Notes: generated by a model from the sequence alone, not told the origin. A stretch of DNA of 64,000 bases from Acidobacteriota bacterium (GCA_963663035.1 OY760074.1:640001-704000); one strand, 5' to 3'; shown: positions 18,934-29,210, counted from the first letter of the stretch. Made by a program: numbers and translations.

Positions 18934-19932
18934 ATGAAAACCGTTTCCAGTGTTTCCCTGACTTCCAAGGATATCTTCAAACTGCTTGAGAGCGACCTGC
19001 AGGAAGTGGAAGATGCTCTGAAGAGAGAAAGCAGCGCAGCCTTTCCCCTTGTCGATGACATCAATCGATATCTGCACAGCAGTGGAGGCAAGCGCTTCCG
19101 TCCTGTCCTTCTACTGCTCTCCTCGAAGATGTGTGGCTATGAAGGCAGTTCGGCGGTTATCCTGGGCATGGTCGTTGAACTGCTTCATGTGGCGACGCTG
19201 GTTCATGATGACATCATTGACAACGCCGAGATTCGCCGTGGACAGTCCTCTGTGAACGCTCGCTGGGGAAATCAAGTTACGGTGTTGATGGGTGACTGGT
19301 TGTACATGACCTCATTTTATCTGGCGCTGAAACTGCGAGACTTTCGGGTATTGGATCTTTTGATCGACGTCACTCGAAGGCTGGTGGAAGGGGAATTGGT
19401 TCAGTGGGAGCAGCATGGCCGCCTCAACATCTCGGTCGAGGAGCAGTTGGAAATCTGTCGGCGGAAGACGGCTGATCTGTTCTCCAGCTGTGGGCGCCTG
19501 GGCGCCATATTGGCAAACGTGGATGAGGAGAAAGAACAGAACCTGGAGACTTATGGTCGTTCTGTGGGTATGGCTTTCCAGTTGATCGACGACCTGCTCG
19601 ACTACAGTTCCAATGAAGACACGCTGGGGAAACCGGTTCTGAGGGATCTCGAAGAAGGGAAGACCACCTTGCCGATCATCTATCTGATGGAACGTGCGGA
19701 TCTGAAAGAACGAGAGTTCATTCGTGAAGTGGTGCGGACTCAGAACTTCAGCCCAGCAAACAAGAAGCGGATCCTGGAGCTGGTCCGGGCCTACGGGACC
19801 CTGCGTGAGTCACAAGAGCTTGCCGAGGAATACGTGCTGGAGGCCAAAAGGGCTCTGATGGGTTTTCCCGACTCAATTTATCGCGAGGCCTTACTGAAAC
19901 TTGCGGATTTTGTGATCGATCGGGAGCAATAG
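18934..19932 (+). CDS. Polyprenyl diphosphate synthase (IspB/HepT-like)
   Basis: GGKRFRP, LVHDDIID...RRG, FQLIDDLLD and GKPVLRDLEEGKTTLP. Confidence 0.93.
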   Translation: MKTVSSVSLTSKDIFKLLESDLQEVEDALKRESSAAFPLVDDINRYLHSSGGKRFRPVLLLLSSKMCGYEGSSAVILGMVVELLHVATLVHDDIIDNAEIRRGQSSVNARWGNQVTVLMGDWLYMTSFYLALKLRDFRVLDLLIDVTRRLVEGELVQWEQHGRLNISVEEQLEICRRKTADLFSSCGRLGAILANVDEEKEQNLETYGRSVGMAFQLIDDLLDYSSNEDTLGKPVLRDLEEGKTTLPIIYLMERADLKEREFIREVVRTQNFSPANKKRILELVRAYGTLRESQELAEEYVLEAKRALMGFPDSIYREALLKLADFVIDREQ

Positions 19933-19938
19933 AAGGCA

Positions 19939-22194
19939 TTAAGGCGGTGGAATATCTTCCACACTCCAGGGTGGTGGTGCTAATTCTTCCCCATCTTCTC
20001 CTACTTCTTGTCGTTGCGCTATGGTGAGCTCAAAGGGTGTATCTTGAACTTCAAAGTCTTCGATCGGCATCGACTCGGAGATTCCTTCCATAAAATTGAT
20101 CCAGATGGGTAGAGCTAAGGTAGCTCCATAGACTCTTTCTCCGAGGGACTTCTTTTCATCAAAACCGGCCCACACACCTGCCGTGATTTGCGCCGAGAAG
20201 CCGACAAACCAGCTGTCGGTCGAATCGTTCGTGGTGCCCGTCTTTCCTCCCAGCGGTCGCTCCAGGATCTGGGCTCTGCGAGCTGTCCCGTATTCTACGA
20301 CACTCTGCAGCAAATAGATCATTGTCCCAGCCGTTTCAGGAGAAATGACCTGTTCAAATCTGTTTTGATGCTCCATGAGGGTCGTGCCATGATAGTCCTT
20401 CACGTCCTTGATGAAATGGGGTTGCGCCCGTACTCCATTGTTGGGAAATACCGTAAAGGCTGACGTGATCTCCTGCAGTGTCAGTTCTCCTGCACCCAGC
20501 GCAACCGGGAGATAAGGAGGGAGCTCATGCTGAATTCCAAACCGGTAGGCAACCTCAATCACTTTGTCGATTCCAAGCTCGTTGGCTAAACGAATGGTGG
20601 GCACATTTCGGGAGAGGGCGAAAGCATCGCGGATGGAGATCAGTCCCCGAAATTCTTCGTCGGAATTCTCAGGTGCGTAGATGCGTCCCAGCCCGTCACG
20701 ATAACTCACGGGAGCATCCAGAACCGGCTCGAATGGGGAGTAACCCGCTTCCATCAGGGACACGTAGGTAAATGGCTTGAAAAGAGATCCCGGTTGACGC
20801 AAAGCCTGGGTCGCCCGATTAAATTGGCTGTACTGGAAATCGAATCCGCCCACCATTGTCTTGATGGCACCGGTCTTGTTATCGAGGGCGATCAGTGCTC
20901 CCTGCAGTTCAGGAATCCGATCCAAGCTGGCGTGTATGATCTTCTCTGTTTGCTGGATGCTATCAAGGGAGAATATAGCAACATCTCCTGGTTTAAGAAC
21001 CTGATCAACCCGCTCTTGACCAGTCCAGGCCATGTCTTTGGGTTCAATCCGGGCGAGATAACTGCCCAACTTGACTTGGGCCTGCTCGGCATTGGATTCC
21101 AGCACGAGTCCATGAACCATTTGACCTTCGTAAATGATTTGCCTCCACTCGGGGTGAAAATAGGTGTCCAGATCTTGACCCTGATCCAGGATATTTGTGA
21201 TGGAACCAATTCCCTCATTTGTTTCCTTATCGAATTGCTTCAGTCCTTCCCGCAATGCCTTGCGGGCTGCCACTTGCATTTCGTAATCGAGGGTGGTGTG
21301 GATTCTCAGCCCTCCTTCCCAAATTTGCTCGGTCGAGTAGTTCCTCTCCAGGTACTGTCTAACCCACTCGATAAAGAAGGGAGCCGGGCTCTGTTCGTAG
21401 TTTTTCCCACGAACTAACAGGGGCTCCTCGAGAGCCTCCTCTAGAGTGACCGAATCAATGAAATCTTTCTCATACATTTGTCCCAGAACCACATTACGGC
21501 GCCTCAAAGCCTCTTCCGGATAGTTGATGGGAGAGTTTCGTCCGGGAACTTGGATGATTCCGGCCAGCAGAGCGCTTTCCGCCACCGTGCACTCAGCAAA
21601 AGACTTGTTAAAGTAAAAGTCAGCCGCAGAGGCTACCCCATAGGTACCGTGACCCATGTAAATCTGATTGATGTAAAAGGTGAAGATCTGCTCTTTGGAG
21701 TAGTTTTTCTCAATCTCCAGAGCAAAAAGCATGTCCTTGATTTTGCGTTCAATAGTCTTCTCTGATCCGGTAAAGAGGAGTTTACTCAACTGCATTGTGA
21801 GAGTTGAGGCGCCCTTTCTCTCGCCATAGAAAATGTCACGAATGACCGTGACGAAAAGCCGCTGAAAGTCGATCCCGGAATGCTGAAAGAAATCAGCATC
21901 CTCGGCAGCTAGAACCGCGTTCTTCAGGCTTTCTGGAACCTGCTCATAGGCGACCAAAGTCCTTTTTTCTAGGGCGAACTGGCCGATAACTCGACCGTCA
22001 TCCGAGAAAACATAGGACACGATATTGGGCCGCACTTGCTCAAGCTGTTCAACCTGGGGAAAGTCTATGGCGTAACTGAAAAGTAAACCGGCTACCATTC
22101 CCAGGATCGCGACAGCAAGAACTAACAGCGCATAGGAACCCCAAAAGAGGTGATGTTGTTTCTGTTCCAGGTATTGGCGAAGAGTCTTCGTCAT
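19939..22194 (-). CDS. mrcA: Penicillin-binding protein 1A (transglycosylase/transpeptidase)
   Basis: AEDADFFQHSGID, GASTLTMQL, RKIKD, QPGSLFKPF (SxxK), SRN and GKTGTTND. Confidence 0.9.
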   Translation of the reverse strand: MTKTLRQYLEQKQHHLFWGSYALLVLAVAILGMVAGLLFSYAIDFPQVEQLEQVRPNIVSYVFSDDGRVIGQFALEKRTLVAYEQVPESLKNAVLAAEDADFFQHSGIDFQRLFVTVIRDIFYGERKGASTLTMQLSKLLFTGSEKTIERKIKDMLFALEIEKNYSKEQIFTFYINQIYMGHGTYGVASAADFYFNKSFAECTVAESALLAGIIQVPGRNSPINYPEEALRRRNVVLGQMYEKDFIDSVTLEEALEEPLLVRGKNYEQSPAPFFIEWVRQYLERNYSTEQIWEGGLRIHTTLDYEMQVAARKALREGLKQFDKETNEGIGSITNILDQGQDLDTYFHPEWRQIIYEGQMVHGLVLESNAEQAQVKLGSYLARIEPKDMAWTGQERVDQVLKPGDVAIFSLDSIQQTEKIIHASLDRIPELQGALIALDNKTGAIKTMVGGFDFQYSQFNRATQALRQPGSLFKPFTYVSLMEAGYSPFEPVLDAPVSYRDGLGRIYAPENSDEEFRGLISIRDAFALSRNVPTIRLANELGIDKVIEVAYRFGIQHELPPYLPVALGAGELTLQEITSAFTVFPNNGVRAQPHFIKDVKDYHGTTLMEHQNRFEQVISPETAGTMIYLLQSVVEYGTARRAQILERPLGGKTGTTNDSTDSWFVGFSAQITAGVWAGFDEKKSLGERVYGATLALPIWINFMEGISESMPIEDFEVQDTPFELTIAQRQEVGEDGEELAPPPWSVEDIPPP

Positions 22195-22280
22195 TTTATT
22201 TAGTATGTATTTTACACCAAGAGCATGAATCAATCTGCAAAGTCGCCAGGAGTTTCCCCATATTCTCCACGATTCTCCAG

Positions 22281-22450
22281 CCCGTGTTATGCATAGGTTC
22301 TCGTCATGAAGCGCCGAAAACGCCGGAAAACAGAGCCGTGGGCTTTAGCCCACGGGCCCGCAGGCTAAAGCCTGCGGGCCCGACTGGTGCGCAACGCTGG
22401 CAAGGCGGATGATTTCGGCGCTGCAGTAGAGAATTTATGCATAACACGGG
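22281..22450. mobile_element. MITE family C (170 bp) with IS1380-like ends and an internal REP-like palindrome pair
   Basis: Perfect TIR CCCGTGTTATGCATA/TATGCATAACACGGG, flanked by CCAG and CTAG; second copy at 56816-57075. Confidence 0.8.
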
Positions 22451-22492
22451 CTAGAGACTCCTCTCTCTTTTCTTTCAGATCAGTGACGTATT

Positions 22493-22813
22493 ATGGGTCC
22501 CATGAGAAAGTGTTTGTGTCTGTTGTTAGTGCTGGTTGGCCTGAGCGGGGTTTCTCTGTGGGCACAGAGTTGGCAGCATGTAGCGGTCCTCACCAGTGAC
22601 GCCTCGGGGGGTGAAACCCTGTTGAACGTTGATTGGGTGGCCCCCGGAAAGGTGGCCCGCTTGATCCTGATCGAATCGATCGACGGCTCACGAGCGGAAC
22701 TCCGAGTGGTCGAGAACATCTACGGAGGCCGCCTCATCCTCCAGCAACGGCTGCTGAATGACTTTCGGGCTGGGTCGAGGCTGTATCAGCAGAGTTCACA
22801 GCCTCAGCGCTGA
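22493..22813 (+). CDS. Small exported hypothetical protein
   Basis: MRKCLCLLLVLVGLSGVSLWA signal peptide (likely start 22502); no family recognised. Confidence 0.6.
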   Translation: MGPMRKCLCLLLVLVGLSGVSLWAQSWQHVAVLTSDASGGETLLNVDWVAPGKVARLILIESIDGSRAELRVVENIYGGRLILQQRLLNDFRAGSRLYQQSSQPQR

Positions 22814-22818
22814 CTAGC

Positions 22819-23490
22819 GCGGGTGCCCAGGAAGGCCAAGCTCTTCGTTCTCCGCGCCCTTCGATCCTCGACGTAGGTAGTCCTACGCCTGCGGTCGAAG
22901 GGCTTGTGCGGCCTCGATTTTGACCTTCCTGACCATCCGCCACCTGAACCCCGGAGGGTAGCCTTCCAGTAAAACTCGCCTCATGCGCGGGTGCCCAGGA
23001 AGGCCAAGCTCTTCGTTCTCCGCGCCCTTCGATCCTCGACGTAGGTAGTCCTACGCCTGCGGTCGAAGGGCTTGTGCGGCCTCGATTTTGACCTTCCTGA
23101 CCATCCGCCACCTGAACCCCGGAGGGTAGCCTTCCAGTAAAACTCGCCTCATGCGCGGGTGCCCAGGAAGGCCAAGCTCTTCGTTCTCCGCGCCCTTCGT
23201 TCCTCGACGTAGGTAGTCCTACGCCTGCGGTCGAAGGGCTTGTGCGGCCTCGATCTTGACCTTCCTGAACACCCGCCACCAGAACGCCGGAGGGTAGCCT
23301 TCCAGTAAAACTCGCCTCATGCGCGGGTGCCCAGGAAGGCCAAGCTCTTCGTTCTCCGCGCCCTTCGTTCCTCGACGTAGCGAGCGCTATGCCTGCGGTC
23401 GAAGGGCTTGTGCGGCCTCGATCTTGACCTTCCTGAACACCCGCCACCAGAACGCCGGAATGAAGCCTTCCAGTAAAACTTGCCTCATGC
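22819..23490. repeat. Tandem array of 4 x 168-bp units, each a palindromic family A element plus a linker
   Basis: Units start at 22819, 22987, 23155 and 23323. Each is GCGGGTGCCCAGGAAGG...CCTTCCTGA(C/A)CA(T/C)CCGC followed by a ~46-bp linker. Confidence 0.95.
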
Positions 23491-23511
23491 CTAATTAAAT
23501 GGAAGTAAGTA

Positions 23512-23991
23512 CTATTGATCGTGGATGGTGGTGAGCTTGAGGATCTGGAAGTGTTTCTCTCCGCCTGGGGTGTTAATTTGCACCTCATCCTTCTTTTTGT
23601 GTCCCATGAGACTCCGTCCAATCGGAGAGGTGGTTGAGATCAATCCTCCCTTCACATTGGATTCTTCAGTACTGACTAGTCGGTAGCTCACCTTTTTGCC
23701 GGTGTCCAGATCCAAGAGCACCACCTTGGAACCATACGATATCTTATCGGTGGGGACCTTGTTGAGATTAATCAAAGATAGTTTGGCCAGCCGCTCCCGC
23801 AGCGGACCCAGCTGAGCTTGAAGAAAAGATTGTCTGTCCTTGGCAGTCTGATATTCTGCATTCTCACTCAGGTCTCCCATAGCCGCGGCTTTTTTCAAAG
23901 CCTTTGGGAGCTCATCTCGTACTTCTCGATCCAGCTTCCTTATCTCGTCCTCCAGTTTTTTCTTAGCTTCCTTTAAAAGCTCATCCTTCAA
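23512..23991 (-). CDS. greA: Transcription elongation factor GreA/GreB family
   Basis: AAAMGDLSENAEYQTAK and ISTTSPIGRSLMG. The TTG start overlaps the nuoN TGA, with a GGAGG SD. Confidence 0.9.
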   Translation of the reverse strand: MKDELLKEAKKKLEDEIRKLDREVRDELPKALKKAAAMGDLSENAEYQTAKDRQSFLQAQLGPLRERLAKLSLINLNKVPTDKISYGSKVVLLDLDTGKKVSYRLVSTEESNVKGGLISTTSPIGRSLMGHKKKDEVQINTPGGEKHFQILKLTTIHDQ

Positions 23992-25418
23992 AAGCTCACC
24001 GCCTCCCTTGCCAGGCTTAAAAAGGCTCCTGGAAACACTCCCAGGAACAAAGTGCCCAACACCAAAATCGCAATAAGGACGCGCATCGGCGTGGGGATAG
24101 TGATCGGAATCTCTTCTTTCTTCAACTTGCCCATATACATATATACGATGACCCTGAGGTAATAGTAAATACCAACCGCTGAAGCGAGGAGGGCAATGAC
24201 CACCAGCCAGTACATCTGACTCTCCACCGCGGCAGCCAGAAGGAACAGCTTCCCCATAAATCCGGCTGTGACAGGAATTCCCGCCAGGGAAATCAAGAAA
24301 ACTGAAAACGTGATGCCTAGGAAGGGGTTTCGATAGCCCATGCCGCTGTAGTCTTCGATGCTGAGATTTTGTTCCTTTTGACGCCCCACGATCTGTACCA
24401 CGGTGAATGCTCCCAGGGTCATCAGCGCATAGGCCATGAGGTAAAACAGGATGCCTTGTGTGCCCTGAGGACTGTGGGCTGTGAGTCCCACTAGCAGGTA
24501 CCCGGCATGAGCAATGGAAGAGTAAGCCAACATTCGCTTGAGGTTCGGCTGTGTCAACGCAGCAATGTTTCCGATCGCCATGGTCAGAACGGCCGAAACC
24601 CATAGCACGGCTTGCCAGTGTTGGCTGAGGTCAGGCAAGACCTGATAGAGAATGCGGACAAGGGCGAGGAAGGCGGCCGCTTTAGCTCCCACGGCCAGAT
24701 GGGCCGTGATGGGAATGGGAGCACCTTCATACACATCCGGGGTCCAGACGTGGAAGGGAGCCAGGGCGACCTTAAAACCGAAGCCCACCACTATGAGACC
24801 TAATCCCAGCAGGAGGATGAGCGGGTACTCCGATGAGGCTTGGATCACTTCCGCGACCTGCAGATACTTGGTCGATCCGGTTGCGCCGTAAACGAAAGCA
24901 ATCCCGTACAGGAGAAAGGCGGTGGAGAACGCACCCAGTAGGAAATATTTCCAGGCCGCTTCGCTGGATTTTCTCTCCCTTACTTTGAATCCCGTCAGCA
25001 CATAGGTTGAAATGGAGAGAAGCTCCAAGCCCAGAAAGGTCATGACAAGATCAGCGCTGGTGGCCATCAAGAACATGCCTACGGTGGCGAAAAGTAGAAG
25101 AGCAAAGAACTCACCGTGAAACAGCTTCTCCTGTTCCAGATAATTGATCGAGATGAAAAGGATGGTTGAACTCACGAACAGGAAGAACATCTTGCAGAGT
25201 TGCCCGAAAGAATCCTGAAAGATCATTTCAAAGAGAGCCAGGCCGTTCTGGCCCCATTCCATGACAACACAGAGGAAGGCCAGGACCATACCCACCTGGG
25301 CAAGGTATCCGAGACGATTTTGATGAGCCCTGGGGATGAAAGGGGTCAGGAGCATGATCAAGATGCCCATGAGAGAGAGGATGATTTCGGGCAAGAGAGC
25401 CGTGTAGTTAATCTCCAC
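23988..25418 (-). CDS. nuoN: NADH-quinone oxidoreductase subunit N
   Basis: EAAWKYFLLGA, FKVALAPFHVWTPDVYEGAP and KRMLAYSSIAHAGY. Confidence 0.95.
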   Translation of the reverse strand: MEINYTALLPEIILSLMGILIMLLTPFIPRAHQNRLGYLAQVGMVLAFLCVVMEWGQNGLALFEMIFQDSFGQLCKMFFLFVSSTILFISINYLEQEKLFHGEFFALLLFATVGMFLMATSADLVMTFLGLELLSISTYVLTGFKVRERKSSEAAWKYFLLGAFSTAFLLYGIAFVYGATGSTKYLQVAEVIQASSEYPLILLLGLGLIVVGFGFKVALAPFHVWTPDVYEGAPIPITAHLAVGAKAAAFLALVRILYQVLPDLSQHWQAVLWVSAVLTMAIGNIAALTQPNLKRMLAYSSIAHAGYLLVGLTAHSPQGTQGILFYLMAYALMTLGAFTVVQIVGRQKEQNLSIEDYSGMGYRNPFLGITFSVFLISLAGIPVTAGFMGKLFLLAAAVESQMYWLVVIALLASAVGIYYYLRVIVYMYMGKLKKEEIPITIPTPMRVLIAILVLGTLFLGVFPGAFLSLAREAVSF

Positions 25419-26946
25419 GGTACTCCACCCGGAAAGTTTGAGGTGCGCGGACTTGTTCTATCCGATCCACTACCTTTTGAACCGAGGTTTCCATCCTGCC
25501 AAGAAAAGTACTGGAATAAGACCCCATCCACAGCGCCAAAATGACTATGGGCACCAAGATCACGGTTTCCCGTACATTGAGATCCGCCAAAGCGCGGTTG
25601 CTATCGCTTTCTAGAGGTCCCATGAAAACTCGTTGATACATCCACAACATGTAGACCGCAGAGAGCACAAGGCCCGAGGCGGCAAAGGCGGCTCGCCCGG
25701 CATTTTCCAAAAAAGTTCCTTGTAAAATCAGAAACTCCCCGACGAAACCGTTGAGACCTGGAAGTCCGATGCTGCTGAGAGTCATGACCATGAAGAATGC
25801 GGCACAGCGGGGCATGACATGAGCCAGGCCACCGAAATCCTGGATCAAATGGGTATGGCGGCGATCATACAGCATCCCCACCAGCAGAAAGAGAGCGCCT
25901 GTAGAGAGCCCGTGATTCAGCATTTGATAAGTTGCACCTTCAATCGACTGAAGATTGAAAGCGAAAATGCCTAGAACAACAAAGCCCAGGTGGCTAACCG
26001 AGGAGTAGGCAATGAGTTTTTTTACATCTGGTTGCACCATGGCCACCAAGGCACCGTAGAGGATCCCAATGATGGCTAAAAGGGAAATGAGCGGAGCCAG
26101 AGTGAGGGACGCCTGTGGAAACAGCGGCAGGCAGAAACGGAGCAGACCATAGGTACCCATTTTGAGCAGCACCCCGGCAAGAATTACGGAGACCGCCGTG
26201 GGTGCTTCAACGTGTGCATCTGGAAGCCAGGTATGGAAAGGGAAAAGGGGTACCTTGATGGCGAATGCCAAGAAGAAGGCCAGGAAAAGAAGCAGTTCCG
26301 CCACAGGTGACAGTACAATTTCACCCAGGGAAAGCTTCTGGGTGATCTCGACCAGGTCAAAGTTTTGGGCTCCATTGAAGAAGTAAAGCGCGAGAATGGC
26401 AGCCAGCATGAGGGAGGAACCAGCCATGGTGTAAATGAAAAATTTGACTGCGGCGTAGATGCGGCGCTGCCCCCCCCACACGCCGATCAAGAAGTACATG
26501 GGAATGAGCATGACTTCCCAGAAGACGTAGAAGAGGATCAGATCGAGCGAGACAAAAACCCCAATCATGCCCACTTCCAGCAGGAGCATGAAGCACATGT
26601 AGGATTTGACCTTCTCTTCAATGCTCCAGCTTGCCAGTATGGCCAGAGGCATCAGGAAGGTGGTCAGGAGCACCAGGAAGAGACTGATGCCGTCTATTCC
26701 CACGTGGTACTGAAAGTGGAGAACTCCCACATCAAACCAGGGCGCACTTTGGACAAACTGCATTGTGTCGCTTCCGGAATCAAAGTGGGTCACCAGAAGT
26801 AAAGAGCAGAGAAAGGTGATGGAGGTGAAAAACAAAGTGATGCTTCTGAGGAGGAGGATCTTCCTGATGGGAACGAAGAGAAGGACCAAAGCCCCGCTGC
26901 CAGCGATCAATAATAGAGTGGTTAACAGTGACTCAGTTCCAGGCAT
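25408..26946 (-). CDS. nuoM: NADH-quinone oxidoreductase subunit M
   Basis: FWEVMLIPMYFLIG, KVPLFPFHTWLPDAHVEAP and GLPGLNGFVGEF. Confidence 0.95.
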   Translation of the reverse strand: MPGTESLLTTLLLIAGSGALVLLFVPIRKILLLRSITLFFTSITFLCSLLLVTHFDSGSDTMQFVQSAPWFDVGVLHFQYHVGIDGISLFLVLLTTFLMPLAILASWSIEEKVKSYMCFMLLLEVGMIGVFVSLDLILFYVFWEVMLIPMYFLIGVWGGQRRIYAAVKFFIYTMAGSSLMLAAILALYFFNGAQNFDLVEITQKLSLGEIVLSPVAELLLFLAFFLAFAIKVPLFPFHTWLPDAHVEAPTAVSVILAGVLLKMGTYGLLRFCLPLFPQASLTLAPLISLLAIIGILYGALVAMVQPDVKKLIAYSSVSHLGFVVLGIFAFNLQSIEGATYQMLNHGLSTGALFLLVGMLYDRRHTHLIQDFGGLAHVMPRCAAFFMVMTLSSIGLPGLNGFVGEFLILQGTFLENAGRAAFAASGLVLSAVYMLWMYQRVFMGPLESDSNRALADLNVRETVILVPIVILALWMGSYSSTFLGRMETSVQKVVDRIEQVRAPQTFRVEYRGD

Positions 26947-26952
26947 GATTTA

Positions 26953-28899
26953 TCAGGAGGTCAAGTAGAAGTAGGAAGAGATTAAGATCGCTCCACCCAG
27001 GATCCAGATCGCATAGAGGCGCGCATAGCCACTCTGGAGGCTTCTGACTCCCTGACTCCAGGCCTGCATCAGGGATGCGGTTCCATTGACCAGTCTGTCG
27101 ATGACATTCACGTCAAGACCTTTCCAGAGGATCCTGCGAGAAAGTTCGTTGACAGGCCGGACCAGCGTCCAGTCGTACAGCTCGTCTACAAAAAACTTTC
27201 TCTCCATCAGTCGGTGGAGCAAGGAAAAGCGGTCAGCCAGGCGCGCTGTGATTGGAGGGTCCTTGATGTACAGTTGATAGGCTAGGGCAAGACCCAAGAA
27301 GGTCACCAGAAGAGTGCTTAAGGTGAGGATTATCTCCGTCAGGTGGGCGGGTTCCAGGGCCGAACTTACTGGGTGGCCATACTGATAGCGGAAGGCAGGA
27401 GCCAGGAACTCCTCCAGGCGGTTGCTTCCCAGATAGGCCGGTAGACCAATGTAGCCGGCCAAGACGGAGAACAGGGCCAGGATCATCAATGGCGCCTTGA
27501 TAGACCAGGAAGGCTCCTGTGGCAAAGGATCAGGAGTATCGCGGGGTGTACTCTGAAATCGCTCCTCTCCATGGAAGGCAAGAAACATCAAGCGGGAAAT
27601 GTAAAAGGCGGTCACTCCGGCCACCCCTACCCCCACCAACCAGAGGGCTGTATTGCCAGTGCTGAAGACTCTCCAGAGAATCTCATCCTTGGAGAAGAAG
27701 CCCGAAAAGAAAGGCACACCGGCAAGGGCAAGGGTGCCAATCCACATGGTGTAGAAAGTCACGGGTAAATATTTCCTTAAACCTCCCATGTGGAACAGGT
27801 TTTGCTCATGATGAAGCGCCAGGATGACACTTCCAGAGCAGAGAAAAAGCAGCGCCTTGAAGAAAGCGTGGGTCAGTAAATGAAACATTCCTGCACCGAA
27901 TGCGCCCACACCCAGAGCCACAAACATATAGCCCAGCTGGCTGATAGTCGAGTAAGCCAGAACTTTTTTGATGTCACTTTGAGCGGCGGCGATCAGTGCG
28001 GCCAGCAAAGCAGTGCCAATGCCCACCAGTGCAATGATGAAAAGCGTGTCCGGGGCGCGGCTGAAGAGTGGGGCCGAGCGAGCAATCATATACACTCCGG
28101 CCGTGACCATGGTGGCGGCGTGAATCAGGGCACTCACTGGGGTGGGGCCTTCCATGGCGTCAGGGAGCCAGACGTACAAGGGAACTTGAGCACTTTTACC
28201 CGTGGCCCCGATGAACAGTAACAAGGTCATTGCTCCCAGGATTCCAAAGCCCACGGCAGGCTCGGGGAATTGGTTCGCGACTGCCTCAAAGACAGTGAGG
28301 TACCGTACGCTTTCAAAGGTACGAAAGATCAAAAAGATCCCGATGATAAAACCAACGTCACCGATTCGGTTGACGATAAAAGCCTTTTTGGCAGCATCTC
28401 CAGCACTTCTCTTTCCAAAGTAGTATCCAATGAGCAGATAGGAGCACAGGCCTACACCTTCCCAACCAACGAACATCAGCAGATAGTTGTCGGCTAGGAC
28501 GAGCAGACTCATCATAAAGATAAAGAGATTCAAGTAAGCAAAATAGCGGTAGTAGCCCTTCTGGCCTGCCAGGTACTCCAGGGAGTAGAGGTGGATGAGA
28601 AAACCCACAGCTGTGACCACAAGAATCATCAGCATCGAGAGGGGATCCAGGAGAAGAGAAAATTCAGAAACGAACTTGCCCGACTGGATCCAAGTGAAAA
28701 GGTGCAGTGAAAAAATACGTTCGTCGCTGGGAACTTGGATGAAACTGCGGAAGGTCACCAGCGCGACCAGAAAACTCAGGCCTGCAGTTGAGCAGGAGAG
28801 CCAGGCAATCACCCGGTGAGAGAAAGATCGGCCAAAGATGCCATTAACAGCAGCACCGAGCAGTGGGAATAGAATCAGGAGCCAGTAAGTTTCCAGCAC
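26953..28899 (-). CDS. nuoL: NADH-quinone oxidoreductase subunit L
   Basis: GWEGVGLCSYLLIG, KSAQVPLYVWLPDAMEGPTPVSALIHAATMV and THAFFKALLFL. Confidence 0.95.
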   Translation of the reverse strand: MLETYWLLILFPLLGAAVNGIFGRSFSHRVIAWLSCSTAGLSFLVALVTFRSFIQVPSDERIFSLHLFTWIQSGKFVSEFSLLLDPLSMLMILVVTAVGFLIHLYSLEYLAGQKGYYRYFAYLNLFIFMMSLLVLADNYLLMFVGWEGVGLCSYLLIGYYFGKRSAGDAAKKAFIVNRIGDVGFIIGIFLIFRTFESVRYLTVFEAVANQFPEPAVGFGILGAMTLLLFIGATGKSAQVPLYVWLPDAMEGPTPVSALIHAATMVTAGVYMIARSAPLFSRAPDTLFIIALVGIGTALLAALIAAAQSDIKKVLAYSTISQLGYMFVALGVGAFGAGMFHLLTHAFFKALLFLCSGSVILALHHEQNLFHMGGLRKYLPVTFYTMWIGTLALAGVPFFSGFFSKDEILWRVFSTGNTALWLVGVGVAGVTAFYISRLMFLAFHGEERFQSTPRDTPDPLPQEPSWSIKAPLMILALFSVLAGYIGLPAYLGSNRLEEFLAPAFRYQYGHPVSSALEPAHLTEIILTLSTLLVTFLGLALAYQLYIKDPPITARLADRFSLLHRLMERKFFVDELYDWTLVRPVNELSRRILWKGLDVNVIDRLVNGTASLMQAWSQGVRSLQSGYARLYAIWILGGAILISSYFYLTS

Positions 28900-28902
28900 T
28901 TC

Positions 28903-29205
28903 TCACCACTTCATCGTGTCCGCTTGATCCACGTCAAGTGTGCCAGTGTGTCGAGAAAGAACGACAATCAGCGCCAAACCAACCGCTGCCTCTGCTGCGG
29001 CCACAGTCATTACGAAAAAGACAAAAATCTGGCCATCCACCTGGTTGAGAAAATGAGCGAAGGTTAAGAACGTCAAATTGACCGCATTGAGCATCAGCTC
29101 CACACACATGAACATGGTGATTACACTTCTCCTTACAATCACTCCCACGGTTCCGATCACGAACAGTATTGCCGCTAGAGCAAGATAATGGCCTGCTGGT
29201 ATCAT
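28903..29205 (-). CDS. nuoK: NADH-quinone oxidoreductase subunit K
   Basis: ELMLNAVNL and VAAAEAAVGLA. Confidence 0.95.
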   Translation of the reverse strand: MIPAGHYLALAAILFVIGTVGVIVRRSVITMFMCVELMLNAVNLTFLTFAHFLNQVDGQIFVFFVMTVAAAEAAVGLALIVVLSRHTGTLDVDQADTMKW

Positions 29206-29210
29206 GACTT

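Noticed and set aside
22819-23490. CRISPR array
   Set aside because: The units are 168 bp with near-identical 'spacers', and there are no cas genes. It is a tandem repeat.
22734-23621. 295-aa repetitive ORF on the minus strand
   Set aside because: It is a by-product of a 168-bp (multiple of 3) GC-rich repeat, overlaps greA and a plus-strand gene, and has no protein-like features.
23992-24603. Long N-terminal extension of GreA (363-aa ORF)
   Set aside because: The extension is an alternative frame of nuoN. GreA homology and an SD support a TTG start at 23991.
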